Positions 8,801 through 19,654 of a stretch of 64,000 nucleotides of DNA are shown one piece after another (position 1 is the stretch's first letter; every line of letters starts with the position of its first letter). The stretch comes from Dudresnaya verticillata (Eukaryota). The notes below the pieces were generated by a model. The model did no database searches and was not told the DNA's origin. It was given only the letters and a program-made list of their open reading frames with translations. The stretch covers positions 2,294,001-2,358,000 of the forward strand of contig OZ374563.1 of NCBI GenBank assembly GCA_977862235.1, given 5' to 3'. A program made the translations under genes and the position numbers.

Positions 8801-11685
8801 CCTTTCCCACTGTGGGTGCTTGTCCTCCTCTGGTTGCTATTTGTGATACCCATATTCCTACTCTGACATACATCCCCAACTCTTTACGATTACCTGTAAT
8901 CGATCTCTATTACTACCTGTTCCATTCATTTAATTCTGCAAACACTTCTCTTCTCCAATACCAGGCATTTGAGCGTCTTCTTGCCACTCCGAAGTTGGTA
9001 CTCCGCAAAAATGGTCGGCACGAGCCTCGCAACCGCAACAACCGCTCCTTGCACAACAGTATTCGCCACCGAGTCCATCTGGCCATGCGCGGTGAATGGA
9101 CTGAGTTATATTCTGAAGCTCAAGTTGCACATCTACGTTCACGCCTGCCACCACCACACCTTCCTTCCGTTGCGGAGCTTCGCTTGAGACGCTGTCGAAA
9201 TGCGTTCAGGGATGGCTCCTTATCTAAAGCTTGTGCGATTTTCACCGACGATTCGGTTCCTGCTCAACCCACAGCACTCAACACCCATCTGCTTCAAGAT
9301 TTACATCCCGCTCCGAAACGCCCTGTTGTTCCTCTTGATTCCATTCAGCTCCCCCCTGCGCTTCAATTTGAAGAGGCTGAAGTTCGCAAGGGTTTACTCT
9401 CCATGCCAAGAGCCTCTTGTCCTGGCCGTGATGGCCTTCGTCCCGCTGTCTTCAAAATCCTAGCTTCTACGCCGGGTGGTTCCGATCCGTCGCGGTCTGT
9501 GCTGGCAGAGCTAACGTTGTTTGTTAACCATGCCGTCAATGGGCACTTGCCAGCAGGTTGTCATTCATTTCTAGCTGGTGGCACTCTCATCGGCCTCCCT
9601 AAGGCTAACAACTCTCGGTTGCGTCCTATAGCCGTTTCAGTGCTTCTTAGGCGTTTTATCAGTCGAATAATCGCCTTTAAGGTTACTCGTGATCCTGTAT
9701 TGCAGTCCTACCTCTGCCCTCTTCAACTTTCTGTAGGTGTTTCAGGGGGTGCAGAAGCGATCATACATGCTTCACGCTATTTAGCGACTCGACTACGTGA
9801 TTTAGACATGGTACTCGTGAGCGTGGATGCTGCGAATGCATTTAATGCCATCGAGCGAAGCTTGATACTCTCAGAAGTGGTACTGCATTGCCCGGGTCTG
9901 GCAAAGTCGATCCATTTTATATACGGCCGTGGCTCCGTACTACACTTTGGATCATTCCTTGTCCATAGTCGATCTGGCACTCACCAGGGTGATCCACTTA
10001 GCCCTCTATTGTTTGCATTGGTCTTGCAACCTCTCTTGTGTCTCCTTCGTACCCGTTTCTCTATGCCTTTGCAGGTATTCTTCGCCGATGATGGAACTCT
10101 CCTCCTGCCTCGCAGTATGCTCGGTTCAGTTCTTTCTTTCCTCGCAACGGAAGGATCTAAGATTGGGTTCCATCTCAATCTTTCCAAAACCACTGCTTGG
10201 TGGTGGCGCCGTCCCTCTCGGATCCCTGTCACTACTAACGGGTGCCATGTTACTATATCTCACGATGATGCTCTAACTGTGCTCGGCTCTCCTATCGGAC
10301 ACTCTGCTGGTTGCCAAGCCCAGTTTCATTCCCGACGGGTCAGGGAAACACGTCTATTGGAAGCGCTTCCAACTCTAAATGACCCACAAATGGCCTATCA
10401 TCTCTTGCGCTATTGCTCCGGTGCTTGCAAGCTGATCTATACCCTACGAACTGCCCCGCCGCATCTAACATTTCCTGAGGCCGATCTATTCGACCAAGGG
10501 CAGCGAAGGGCATTCGAACGTATTCATCACTCGCTTCCTGACGATTCCTGGACTTGTGCGACACTCCCGCTTGAATATGGCGGGCTTGGCCTCACCTCTA
10601 CTACCACGCTTGTCGAACTTTCCTATATCAGTTCTGTAATGGGGGTTTGGGATTTGTTCACTACTTTGATCTCGCCTGCCCTTTCCATGTTCTCTCGCAC
10701 CGACTCACGGCCGCGGAGTTTGGCTCGAACCTGTAATGCCCTGTGTACTCGGTTCGGATTATCTAGCGATTATCACTTTTCAACTCTCCTCTCTCGCACC
10801 CAAAAGCGAGGTTACATCCCCCACTTGCAAGAAGAACTCTCCGCGAAGGTTCACGCTCGTTTGGTGGATAATTACTGGCCCTCCATCCGTTCGACTCAGA
10901 GAGAAGATCGTTTGAAAAGGGCCCGACTTCTCTCCTGTGGTAGTTTGGAATCTCGAATGGCCTTTACCGCATTCCCCGATCCACGCCGAGGCACCTCTGT
11001 GTCACCTGCTATATGGGCTACCATGATCGACTTGCGTTTGGGCGCACCTGTATTTGCGCCAGATCTCCCTTGTTCTGCGTGTCTATCCGTTTCTGGTCGC
11101 GTGGTTTCCCTTGACCGTTTGGGGTATCATGCTTCGACATGTCCCTGTGCCCATGGGTCCACTCGTCGTCACAATTCTATTAGGGATCTCCTTTTTTCTC
11201 GTCTCCGTCACCCGTCTATCGGGCTTTCTGTCACGAGAGAGCAGTCCTTTCATCTACAGGACGATCTTCGACGATTGGACTTGGTGTCGGATGATCCCGC
11301 CTTTTCTGATTCATGCATTGGTTATGACCTTACTATTGTGACTCCCTCTACTGCTCGCGCTGTATCCAAGGCATCTGAAATTCCTGCAGGGGCCACCCAA
11401 GTCGCTGAACGGGACAAGCATCGCAAGTATCGCACTGCTTGTGCAGCACATTGTATTACGTTTCAGCCGCTGGGATTCGACATTCACGGAGGCATTGGCC
11501 CCGAATGCCGTAGCGCACTTCAAAAGCTCGCTTCTTTCCTGGCCACGCGCCGGGGAACAAATCCTACTACTGAATACCATTCGTTAGTTTCACCACTGGT
11601 TTCCCGCATTCTCCAGCTCACCGCTCTCGCCGTGAATCGTCGACGTCCCGTTAGTCCAGGCCTTCCAGTAGTCATCAGCGGCTAA
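8797..11685 (+). CDS. Reverse transcriptase + CCHC finger + REL endonuclease (962 aa)
   Basis: LRPIAV, VDAANAFN, GTHQGDPLSPLLF, FFADD, LPLEYGGLGL, CSAC...HASTC, RRHNSIRD, RLDLV, YDLTIV, ERDKHRKY. Confidence 0.95.
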   Translation: MTFPTVGACPPLVAICDTHIPTLTYIPNSLRLPVIDLYYYLFHSFNSANTSLLQYQAFERLLATPKLVLRKNGRHEPRNRNNRSLHNSIRHRVHLAMRGEWTELYSEAQVAHLRSRLPPPHLPSVAELRLRRCRNAFRDGSLSKACAIFTDDSVPAQPTALNTHLLQDLHPAPKRPVVPLDSIQLPPALQFEEAEVRKGLLSMPRASCPGRDGLRPAVFKILASTPGGSDPSRSVLAELTLFVNHAVNGHLPAGCHSFLAGGTLIGLPKANNSRLRPIAVSVLLRRFISRIIAFKVTRDPVLQSYLCPLQLSVGVSGGAEAIIHASRYLATRLRDLDMVLVSVDAANAFNAIERSLILSEVVLHCPGLAKSIHFIYGRGSVLHFGSFLVHSRSGTHQGDPLSPLLFALVLQPLLCLLRTRFSMPLQVFFADDGTLLLPRSMLGSVLSFLATEGSKIGFHLNLSKTTAWWWRRPSRIPVTTNGCHVTISHDDALTVLGSPIGHSAGCQAQFHSRRVRETRLLEALPTLNDPQMAYHLLRYCSGACKLIYTLRTAPPHLTFPEADLFDQGQRRAFERIHHSLPDDSWTCATLPLEYGGLGLTSTTTLVELSYISSVMGVWDLFTTLISPALSMFSRTDSRPRSLARTCNALCTRFGLSSDYHFSTLLSRTQKRGYIPHLQEELSAKVHARLVDNYWPSIRSTQREDRLKRARLLSCGSLESRMAFTAFPDPRRGTSVSPAIWATMIDLRLGAPVFAPDLPCSACLSVSGRVVSLDRLGYHASTCPCAHGSTRRHNSIRDLLFSRLRHPSIGLSVTREQSFHLQDDLRRLDLVSDDPAFSDSCIGYDLTIVTPSTARAVSKASEIPAGATQVAERDKHRKYRTACAAHCITFQPLGFDIHGGIGPECRSALQKLASFLATRRGTNPTTEYHSLVSPLVSRILQLTALAVNRRRPVSPGLPVVISG

Positions 11686-13139
11686 GTCATTAGGGTTTCC
11701 GCTGTTCGTCTTGCTTCAATAAAGTTGTGATGATGATGATGATGTTTACAAGTCCGTCGCCACGCTGTGTACAGCTGTCGGACCGGAAAGACGGCGAGGC
11801 CGGCCCTGTTCCTCCGCTGGCGCAGAATGCCGTCTCCGCTGCGCGTATCTACTTGCTCTGCGTGGCTAACCGTGGCATCAACGGCGCTTGGGCTCTGCAA
11901 GTTGTGCCGTGCCATGCGCTGTGCGCTTGGGTCCTATTCGTGACAAGGAAGAAAACTTACTATTCGAGTTGTATTGCGCGCTGCGTTTGCTGCATGCTCT
12001 TTCGTCGACATAGAGAGGTACGGTAGACCAAACAGTTTTTGCGTACCACACACATCCATCAAGCCGGCGAAGAGGCAGACACTAACGTCGGAAGCGCAAT
12101 TTTTCGATAACAACTCCGTTCTTCGAGAAAGCGCTCAACAGCGGTGCCGTCATTTCACACTCTGTCTGGATAGTTGGACCGCTGTCTGGCTTGATCGTTG
12201 CACCCTTGGTGGGGTCCATGAGCGACCGTTGCACTTCGCGGTATGGCCGTTGCCGCCCCTTCATCGTTGCGGGTATCATAGCTACCATCGTTGGAATGCT
12301 GGCCTTCTCCAACGCCGTTCGCATCTCGCTCGTGTTCATCAACTCAGGCACTCCGGCGCAGCACCATGCAGCCATCGTTGTAGCTGTTCTCGCGTTCTGT
12401 GTTCTGGATCTTGCCGTCAATACTACCATGTGGCCTAGTACGTTGTTCTTATCATGATATTTCTGGCAGTCTCAGAGTCTTTCACTCCTCGCAATAGGTT
12501 TCGTTCACGTTCCTCCGGCTTTGTTTGCTTCACTGGCCAACTCTACCCAACGTTCCGCCGCTGTCCACACCTGCAGTTCGTGCGCTGCAGGGTGACCTCG
12601 TCCCACACTTCCAGCAACACCAATTGCAGAGTGTATCCCTCGTTCTGGGCTCGTTAGGTGACATTTGCGTCAACTACCATATCCATACATTTGACGAACC
12701 AGTCTCTCACATTACGTTCCTTTTCTTCTGGGCTGCGATCTTCTGTCCTTTTGATCATCGGACGCGAAACACCGGCCCGGCCAGACGATCCTGCCATACG
12801 CACCGCCGAAGGCGCCTCCATCGGTCTCGTAGCCTATTTACGGGGCCTAACAACATGGATGTGGCGCGTCGGCGGGACATATGCCCTTGGCTTCTTCGCC
12901 TTGTTCTGCGTCATGCCGAATGTGTCGAGCTGGATTGGTTCGTCCGTCTTGAACGGTAAGCTTCTCGTTTTCATCATCATCCGCTCCAGTTATGGGTCTT
13001 ACGATTGCAACGAAGTGCAGGGAAGCTGACTATTGAGCATCCTCGTCGCGGGTGACTCCAAACTCCTTGTTCGCTGATGCTCTTTAGTCGATGTAGAGAG
13101 GTATGGCAGACCAAACAGTTTTTGCGTACCACATACATC

Positions 13140-13752
13140 GCGTTGAAGTTGAACATCGTTTCACTTATTTGGATGAGCATGGGCCCCGTAGCTCTGTCCC
13201 CAACGCTGCCCGAACACGTGCTGAACGCATACGTGACGAGCGTCATGCTGCTTCTGGTGGTCCCCCACAGCCTGTTGATCCACGTGACCAACTGCGTATG
13301 GATATTTTCGTTGATGATCGTGGCTTTGCCCCTCACCCCCATGGATTTGATGTCTCGGTCGTCAGTCCCCATTCTATTCATGGTTCCACTGGTCGCGTTG
13401 CTGGCCAAGCCATTGCAGCTCGCGAACGTGTCAAACGCTCTCATTACCGCCGGGTATGCGCTAGTTTGGATATGGTTCTCCATCCTATGGTTGTAGATGT
13501 CTATGGCCGTGTTGGATCTGGCTTTGAAGTTGGCGCCCAACGTATTGCTAATTTCATTGCCAGCAAGCGCGGAACCTCTCCGTCTACGGAGAAACTTCGC
13601 CTCACTACTCGTTTACTCTCTTTAGTTCTCCAATGCGTCGCGGTGAGTGTCAACCGCCGCAAGCTTGCTCCTCCGCCTCTTTATGGTAGCTCTGAATCCT
13701 AAGCCCCCTTAAGGGGCTTCTCTCTTGTTCTTTAAATAAAGGTCTCCTCTCT
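13140..13752 (+). mobile_element. 5'-truncated CRE-type element of a second family (REL domain only)
   Basis: RMDIFVDD...GFDVSVV...ERVKRSHY...PMVVDVYG, AATAAA at 13735, (CT)n tail, 8-bp TSD CAYACATC. Empty site at ~40920. Confidence 0.88.
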
Positions 13753-13903
13753 CACACATCCATCAAGCCGGCGAAGAGGCGGACCGTATCATCGGAAGCG
13801 TAGTTTGCGATAACAACTCCGTTCTTCGAGGAAGCGCTCAACAGAGGTGCCGTCATTTCACACGCTGTCTGGATAGTCAGGCTGCTGTCCGGCTTGATCG
13901 CCG

Positions 13904-14214
13904 TGTTAGTACCGGTTTCTTTCGTGTGTGTTCTTCCCTTTACTCAACTCGTTTTCCTGTGGTATTTATGCTACTGTATCTCTACAATCTTTAAGGGTTT
14001 GTTTTTCTCTCGTGCACGGAGAGTATCCGAGATATTCTTGACTCCGGGAGTATTTCCGGGAGCAGCCATAGCATTGCTTGTCATCGGCTGACCACGACAG
14101 CGTACCACTTATCGTTCTTCATGGTCACTAGTCCATCTCCAATAAACAGCATCCATATAACAAATATGTCGACACTACTGCATTTGCTCTGCTCTCTGAA
14201 CACGCTGTCTAACA
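13904..14214. mobile_element. Solo LTR (311 bp)
   Basis: TGTTAG...CTAACA termini, GCCG duplicated on both sides. Absent at the homologous site (~41067). Confidence 0.85.
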
Positions 14215-15213
14215 GCCGTACCCTTGGTGGGGTCCATTCATGGACCCATGAGCGACCGCTGTACGTCGCGGTGCTGTGCAGCACCGAGGTACCTATCACA
14301 GTGACGCTAATCGAATGCTCACTATCCGTTTCGTGAGCTTGCCTCTCAGATATTATACCAGGCTGTGGCAGTTAATCGCCGATGTTTCATCTTGTAGTCT
14401 CATCCTCACCATTACGGGGCTTCCAATAGCCGCATTATCCCAGTAAACAGAGTTCAAGCTTCTTCTTGTTTGTAATGTAATCCAACAAGCCTCGAACTGT
14501 AACTCCGATTTTGTCCGAGATGAGCAAAGGAAGAACGGTACGCGTCGCACGCCAAAGCATTGAGTACCCTATTCTGCGACATCATGGATTGGATATACAA
14601 TCCAGCGACTCGCACTCCGGCTCGATTGCTCATGTACTGCTTGTTACGAATGTTCAGTTCCAAATGCTGAACATGTCTTGCGGATGTGGTTCTTCTTGCC
14701 TATGCACGCAATGGACTCTGGGCATTCCCATTTCACACACGTGTCAGTTTCCAATATCCTCATGATACTTTCGAGCCAGCCTTCATCCCTTCTGTTTGTG
14801 TTGCTGAACTGGATGCCGTTTCCCCTCTCGTTGTCGGAGTGCTTGTGGTAGCATGGGTGCCCAGGCCAGACAAGCAAAGTGTCTCACGGTAGGTAGGTAT
14901 GCCTGGCTGCCACGAACATTTTTCCCGGGTGGAGCGAAATGTTTAGTGCAATTGTACAATATTGCGGAAAATATGAGTATATTTTCCAGGTTTTGTAAAC
15001 GATTATCGGTGGAGCGTATTCTCGAAAGAAAATACCGCAAAACCGCCTTGCGTGAGCTGTGAGGCAAAGGGCCAAGCAGTTGGAATATCTGCGCCGCCTT
15101 GCAGAAGGCGCATGCCCCTGCATCCACGCGAGTCCTTCCAACCTTCCTTTGGTTTCAGCTATCTACTCTACTTATCCGTAGGCCTGGAGAGTTAGCGCTG
15201 AGACACATGCAAG

Positions 15214-16770
15214 ATGCGTCCTGACGACAACCCCAAGAAACACAAACTGGATACAGGTTGTTCGGGCTTGGATGGGCAGCCTACCCAGCAGAGACCCCGC
15301 ACTAATTCTAGCTCAGTTCTCTCTCCGACGTCTTCAGGGACTATTGATTCCACAGCGGGTAGTCAAAGTGCTCCGGTTAAACCAGATGGTGCAAGCCCGA
15401 TGACTGATGAAAAGCTCATTTCGGGCTTCTATTGTAATTATTGCTCCCGGGACCTCTCTACTGTGATAAGGGTGAGGTGTGCTATTTGTCACGACTATGA
15501 TTCATGCTTGGACTGCTACAGTGTTGGTGCAGAGCTGTACCCACACAAATCCGATCACCCGTACCGCTTGGTGCTCCCGATGAGTTCCCCGGTTTACGAG
15601 CTGGGTTGGTCCGCAGATGAGGAGGGGAGACTACTTGATTACATCGAGATACACAGCGTTGACAACTGGGAGATTATTGCAAAGGGATTTGTGGGCAAGA
15701 GCGCTGCAGAGGTCAAACGGCATTGGTACAGTGCTTACATGAGGACTCAGCCGATTCCTAGACCTGCGGGTATGTTTTACGAAGAGCTCGAGTCGAGCGA
15801 AGTACCCGAACATTTTGACAGTGAAGTCTTGAAGAACTGTTCTGCAGTTACGAAAGTGGGTTCTGCATTCTGGATGGAGAAGCGGGGAGATATTGGACGT
15901 GAGTGGGATGATGAGGCGAAGGAGATGATGGCAGACTTGGAGATCCACGAATTTGACACTGAAGAGGATAAGGTTTTGAAGTTGCTAGTCATCAAAAGTT
16001 ACGATTGCAAGATCGACGAGCGACAGAGAAGGAAGATGTTTGTCCAGAAACGGGGCCTCTTCGACATGAAGGCCCATAGTGAGAAGCCGAAAATGTTATC
16101 ACCCGAGGAGAAGGCCTTGCGTGATGAGCTCTGCGTCTATTCGCGTTTCATTTCGGAGTCAGAATTGAATAATCTAGTGGCATACACGTTGGAAGAGCGC
16201 AGGGCAAGTGGGAGGGTTGGAACCTTGCAGCCGGGAATTTCCGTAGGGGCTAAGAGTGTTAATGAATGCTTTGAGATGGCTTCCAATCATCTTGGAGGTG
16301 GTGATGTGCCACCTCAGAAACCTTGCGAGGCCAAGGCAGGACCATCTAGTAATATCCCCATCTCCCAGACGGAACAAACCGGGCAGTCGCGACTTGCCGG
16401 AAATAATGCGCAACACAGCTACTCTCATGGTGCCGCTGGGGCCAATTCAACAGACAACATTGGCACTGGGAACGGAAAGGAGATTGAAGAGACTTGTCAT
16501 GATGTTGAACAAATACCAGGAGCAGATCTTTTGTCTCGAGCCGAGGTTAAACTTTGCAAAAGCTTGAAGATTTCGTTTCACCAGTACATGATCATCAAGG
16601 AAGGGATGACGGTTGAGAGTGCCAGGAAGGGTCTCATTTGGAAAAAAGATGCAAAGGAAATGTTTAGACTGGAGACTTGGAAGATTCTCGTGGTCTTCGA
16701 ATACTTCCTGGGCTGTGGATGGATCCGGCATCGCAGACCCGCGAACAAGTCTTCAAACGGAAATTGCTGA
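15214..16770 (+). CDS. ADA2: Transcriptional adaptor ADA2-like (SAGA subunit), copy 1
   Basis: ZZ finger (CNYC...CAIC...CLDC...H..H), SANT (WSADEEGRLL...NWEII), ADA-box region, C-terminal SWIRM-like domain (LLSRAEVKLC...GWI). Intronless, 518 aa. Confidence 0.92.
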   Translation: MRPDDNPKKHKLDTGCSGLDGQPTQQRPRTNSSSVLSPTSSGTIDSTAGSQSAPVKPDGASPMTDEKLISGFYCNYCSRDLSTVIRVRCAICHDYDSCLDCYSVGAELYPHKSDHPYRLVLPMSSPVYELGWSADEEGRLLDYIEIHSVDNWEIIAKGFVGKSAAEVKRHWYSAYMRTQPIPRPAGMFYEELESSEVPEHFDSEVLKNCSAVTKVGSAFWMEKRGDIGREWDDEAKEMMADLEIHEFDTEEDKVLKLLVIKSYDCKIDERQRRKMFVQKRGLFDMKAHSEKPKMLSPEEKALRDELCVYSRFISESELNNLVAYTLEERRASGRVGTLQPGISVGAKSVNECFEMASNHLGGGDVPPQKPCEAKAGPSSNIPISQTEQTGQSRLAGNNAQHSYSHGAAGANSTDNIGTGNGKEIEETCHDVEQIPGADLLSRAEVKLCKSLKISFHQYMIIKEGMTVESARKGLIWKKDAKEMFRLETWKILVVFEYFLGCGWIRHRRPANKSSNGNC

Positions 16771-16874
16771 TGTTATAAGAATTACTGGGTAATGCGGGAC
16801 GGTCAGTGGTGGGTAATCGCAAGGAGAAGTGAGTCAAGGCGGTCGGGGAGGCTTTCATGAAGACGGAAAGTTCC

Positions 16875-19285
16875 TTTATTGATGGTTGTTTATTGTGGTC
16901 CTGCGAGGATAACTCAGGCTCTTTAGCAGGCGCACGTCAGACTTCGTTGGGGCTGGGACCGGGAGGGGTTAATCTTCCCGCCATAGCGCTCGTCTCCCCG
17001 TGAATCAGCATCATTGGGACGTTTGGAGGTCCGTTTGATCGGAGCGATTGGTGAAATCGGGAGCGTTACTATCTAGATGACACCTCGTTGCTAACTTCCT
17101 GCCTTGGCGTTCCGCGAAGAGGAGAGTTGGCGGAAAGCTTGTAGAGGGGCAGAGAGGACAGATTGTCTACCAGGAGTTCGTATGTCGGTTCGATGGAAAC
17201 GAGACCTGTTTGCAGGTTGCTGCGGCGGAAGTGTGTGGTGCGGCGAAGCTGTGAGTCAGGGAGACTTTCGAGGCCCGGAGCATGAGGTTGGCATGCCAGG
17301 AGGCGGTGGGGGGACCTTTTTGACGTGAAGGCTGTGTAAACTCTGAGCCAGCGATTGTTGCAGCTGGCGGTGTCGGAGCTTCTGCGGTTCCAAGCGATAC
17401 AGTGCTACATCGTTTCCGCTGTCGCGCGGTCGGATCTCGTTCTGATTTCTGTGCGCTGCAAATAGACAATGTAGACACCTAATGTCTCGCCTCTCCATGT
17501 GCACCCGCAGACTCTCTTTTTCCCGCAGAGGCAACAAGTGTCGACCATGGCGGGACAGTATCCATAGATTGGTCTGGAGAAAGCTTTACATGTGTAGAGT
17601 GCCGCTTGCGGTGATATCACCGGGGAGAGAAAGCCATATATAGCAAGCATGGTGCCGGTTTTCTTCCTCGATGGAGTGGATGCCGTTCAGTACTGCGCGA
17701 GGTCCTGGTCCGTCCGCAGTGATGTCGACTTCAAGATACTTGGAAGAGCTTTCGGAGGGCATAGGCGTCCCTCCGATACAGGATGGTGGAACTTCTGGGC
17801 ATTGTTTGGTACCGTGTCGGGAGCATTTCCGAACATTTTTGTAGTGACTGCTGTAACGCCCTGCGCCTTAGCGACCGCAATCAACAGTGTGACGATGTGA
17901 TAGTGTGCCAAAGTCCTCTGTAAGGTATTTCTACGCTGTAATAGATTTTCGGCAGCCGCCTCGTGCTGCTCGTGCTGTTTGCCTGCCCCCCCGGTACAAA
18001 AAGGGATGAGCTTGCCGCGAGGCGGGAGAGGAGGAAAAGCACAAGACCACGATCTGCGTCGGGTGACGTGAGGGAAACCACAGGGGGAATCCCAAAACAC
18101 CGCCGGCCTATCAGGCGGTCTGTCACTCTAGTACACGCCGTGTGACGCTTGAGCACGTCTCGCGACACATCCGCTGGACGTCGACAGTGGCGATCTGTTT
18201 TCAGGGGCTACTGTGAGTTCTGCTTTCGGGCGATGGCTGACGGGTCAAGAGCCCAAGTATGTCTATCGGAAGCGAGGAGCACGCTCAGTGTGGCTCCTGC
18301 GGTGGCTGGCAGTGGCGATAGCGAGACGAACAGTGGCGGTAGTTCTGGAAGACAGTGGTCTCGGACTCGTCGGTAGGGCGCATCCGCCACAGAGAAAATA
18401 GAGGCGCAACGGTGTGGTGGACCGCAAGTGAAGCGAACACAGAACAGAACACGGACGAGGAAACCGAGCACCCGTTTGCATGCCAATACCTCTTGCCTCT
18501 CCCTTCCCTACTTGCACACCCCTCGACGCTGCGTAGGCCGATTAAGCGATTGCTTCGAATAACGGCGGGAACGAAGACGAGGATCCCTTCAAGTTGCCAC
18601 AGCCGGGAAGGGAAAAGACAGCGGTGGTAAGTTTACGCCTGAGATGGTAACGGTGCTTTCTGAGAGTAAAATCTGCGTAGCAAAGGGTGCGGATTACGGC
18701 GATTATACTGGCGATCGTGTGAAGATCGGTGGGGTGCCATCTGACTTTGAGAGAAGATGGAGGGCTTGGGGGTGGGTTCTTAGGGTTGCAAGATTAGTGG
18801 CGCTGGAAGGAAGGATGGGAGAGGTACACAGAAAAACGTATGACCAGGAGCCTGTGGGCAAGGGCTCGAGGGGTAGCAATTTCTAGAGTGCCCCTGCAAC
18901 TTCTCATTGGATACATGGAAGTCACATGGCGGAGGGCGATTAATGTATGTCGCGCCTGCTATGGGGGACGCGATAGGCGCTGTTGGTGTCGAGCACGAAG
19001 TCAGTTTTATCTACAGGAGGAAGATGAGTAGGGGGGCTACTGGAGGAGCCCTCGTTGGCACAGAGGAGCTTCTGCCTCGGCGAATTGACCGGCCGACGGG
19101 AGAGAAAACCATCACTCGGGAACTGAGTATTGCCCTTTGCAGCGTTGCGGTATGTATCTTGGAGGGCCTCCCTGGCACCCTGGAGAGCCCAGCTTGTGCG
19201 ATGAACTCACATATTGGTGCGCAAGGAGATGCAGTGCATTTTCAAGCAAAATGGCGGGAACCCGCTTAGGGCCAGAAACTGCGGT
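16875..19285 (-). mobile_element. Highly degenerate LINE relic (second copy ~43724-46141)
   Basis: Shared 3' tail motif at 16895-16935. Decayed RT-thumb-like LYTCKAFSRPIYGYC and a C-terminal CPLC, with many stops. The 5' boundary is uncertain. Confidence 0.45.
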
Positions 19286-19286
19286 A

Positions 19287-19650
19287 CAGTGGAATTCCGA
19301 TAGCTGCAACCTATTGGGAGATGGGGGCCTGTTGCAATTAGCCGGAGGTTGCACTTGAGCGGGAGGTATCGTAACTTTCTTAGTACCTCTTTTCGCTTTA
19401 ATTGTCCTGTACTGTACCTGCTGTACTGTTGACTACCGCACAGGACTGTGTCCTACACGGCCATTAGTGGTGAAAAGAGCTGTTTTGACGTTCGAAGCAT
19501 TGTCTTCGACCGTTGCAGCAAACGGGATTTGCAACAATCCTGTTTCTTAGTTACTTTTGCAGAGGATTGAACCAAAACGGTGGATGGGGTTCGGTTGTAG
19601 CAAACGGGTGGTTGCGCTTATCAGGGGTTGCCATTACCGGGATTCCACTG
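19287..19650. mobile_element. Tc1/mariner-pogo-type MITE (364 bp)
   Basis: TA flanks, imperfect 25-bp TIRs CAGTGGAATTCCGATAGCTGCAACC / GGTTGCCATTACCGGGATTCCACTG, subterminal GGTTGC repeats. Confidence 0.85.
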
Positions 19651-19654
19651 TAGT

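Larger units (their letters stand above)
7497..11743 (+). mobile_element. Full-length CRE-type non-LTR retrotransposon (restriction-like endonuclease)
   Basis: 9-bp TSD GTTTACAAG (7488-7496 and 11744-11752), AATAAA at 11718, (GAT)n tail. Empty site at ~38939. Confidence 0.93.
5840..14285 (+). repeat. Tail of segmental-duplication unit 0
   Basis: Collinear with 35840-41130 and, more divergently, with 53460-56020 once insertions are removed. Confidence 0.9.
7465..14285 (+). pseudogene. Truncated SUT/SLC45 transporter pseudogene, copy 1
   Basis: Homologous to 54658-56020. Start ATG>GTG, CRE insertion in exon 1, indels, no exons 5-6. Followed by a partial re-duplication of the intron 1-exon 3 region. 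Confidence 0.9.

Noticed and set aside
19290..19354. APE-endonuclease-like LQLSE peptide
   Set aside because: It lies within the MITE terminal repeat, so it is not LINE coding sequence.
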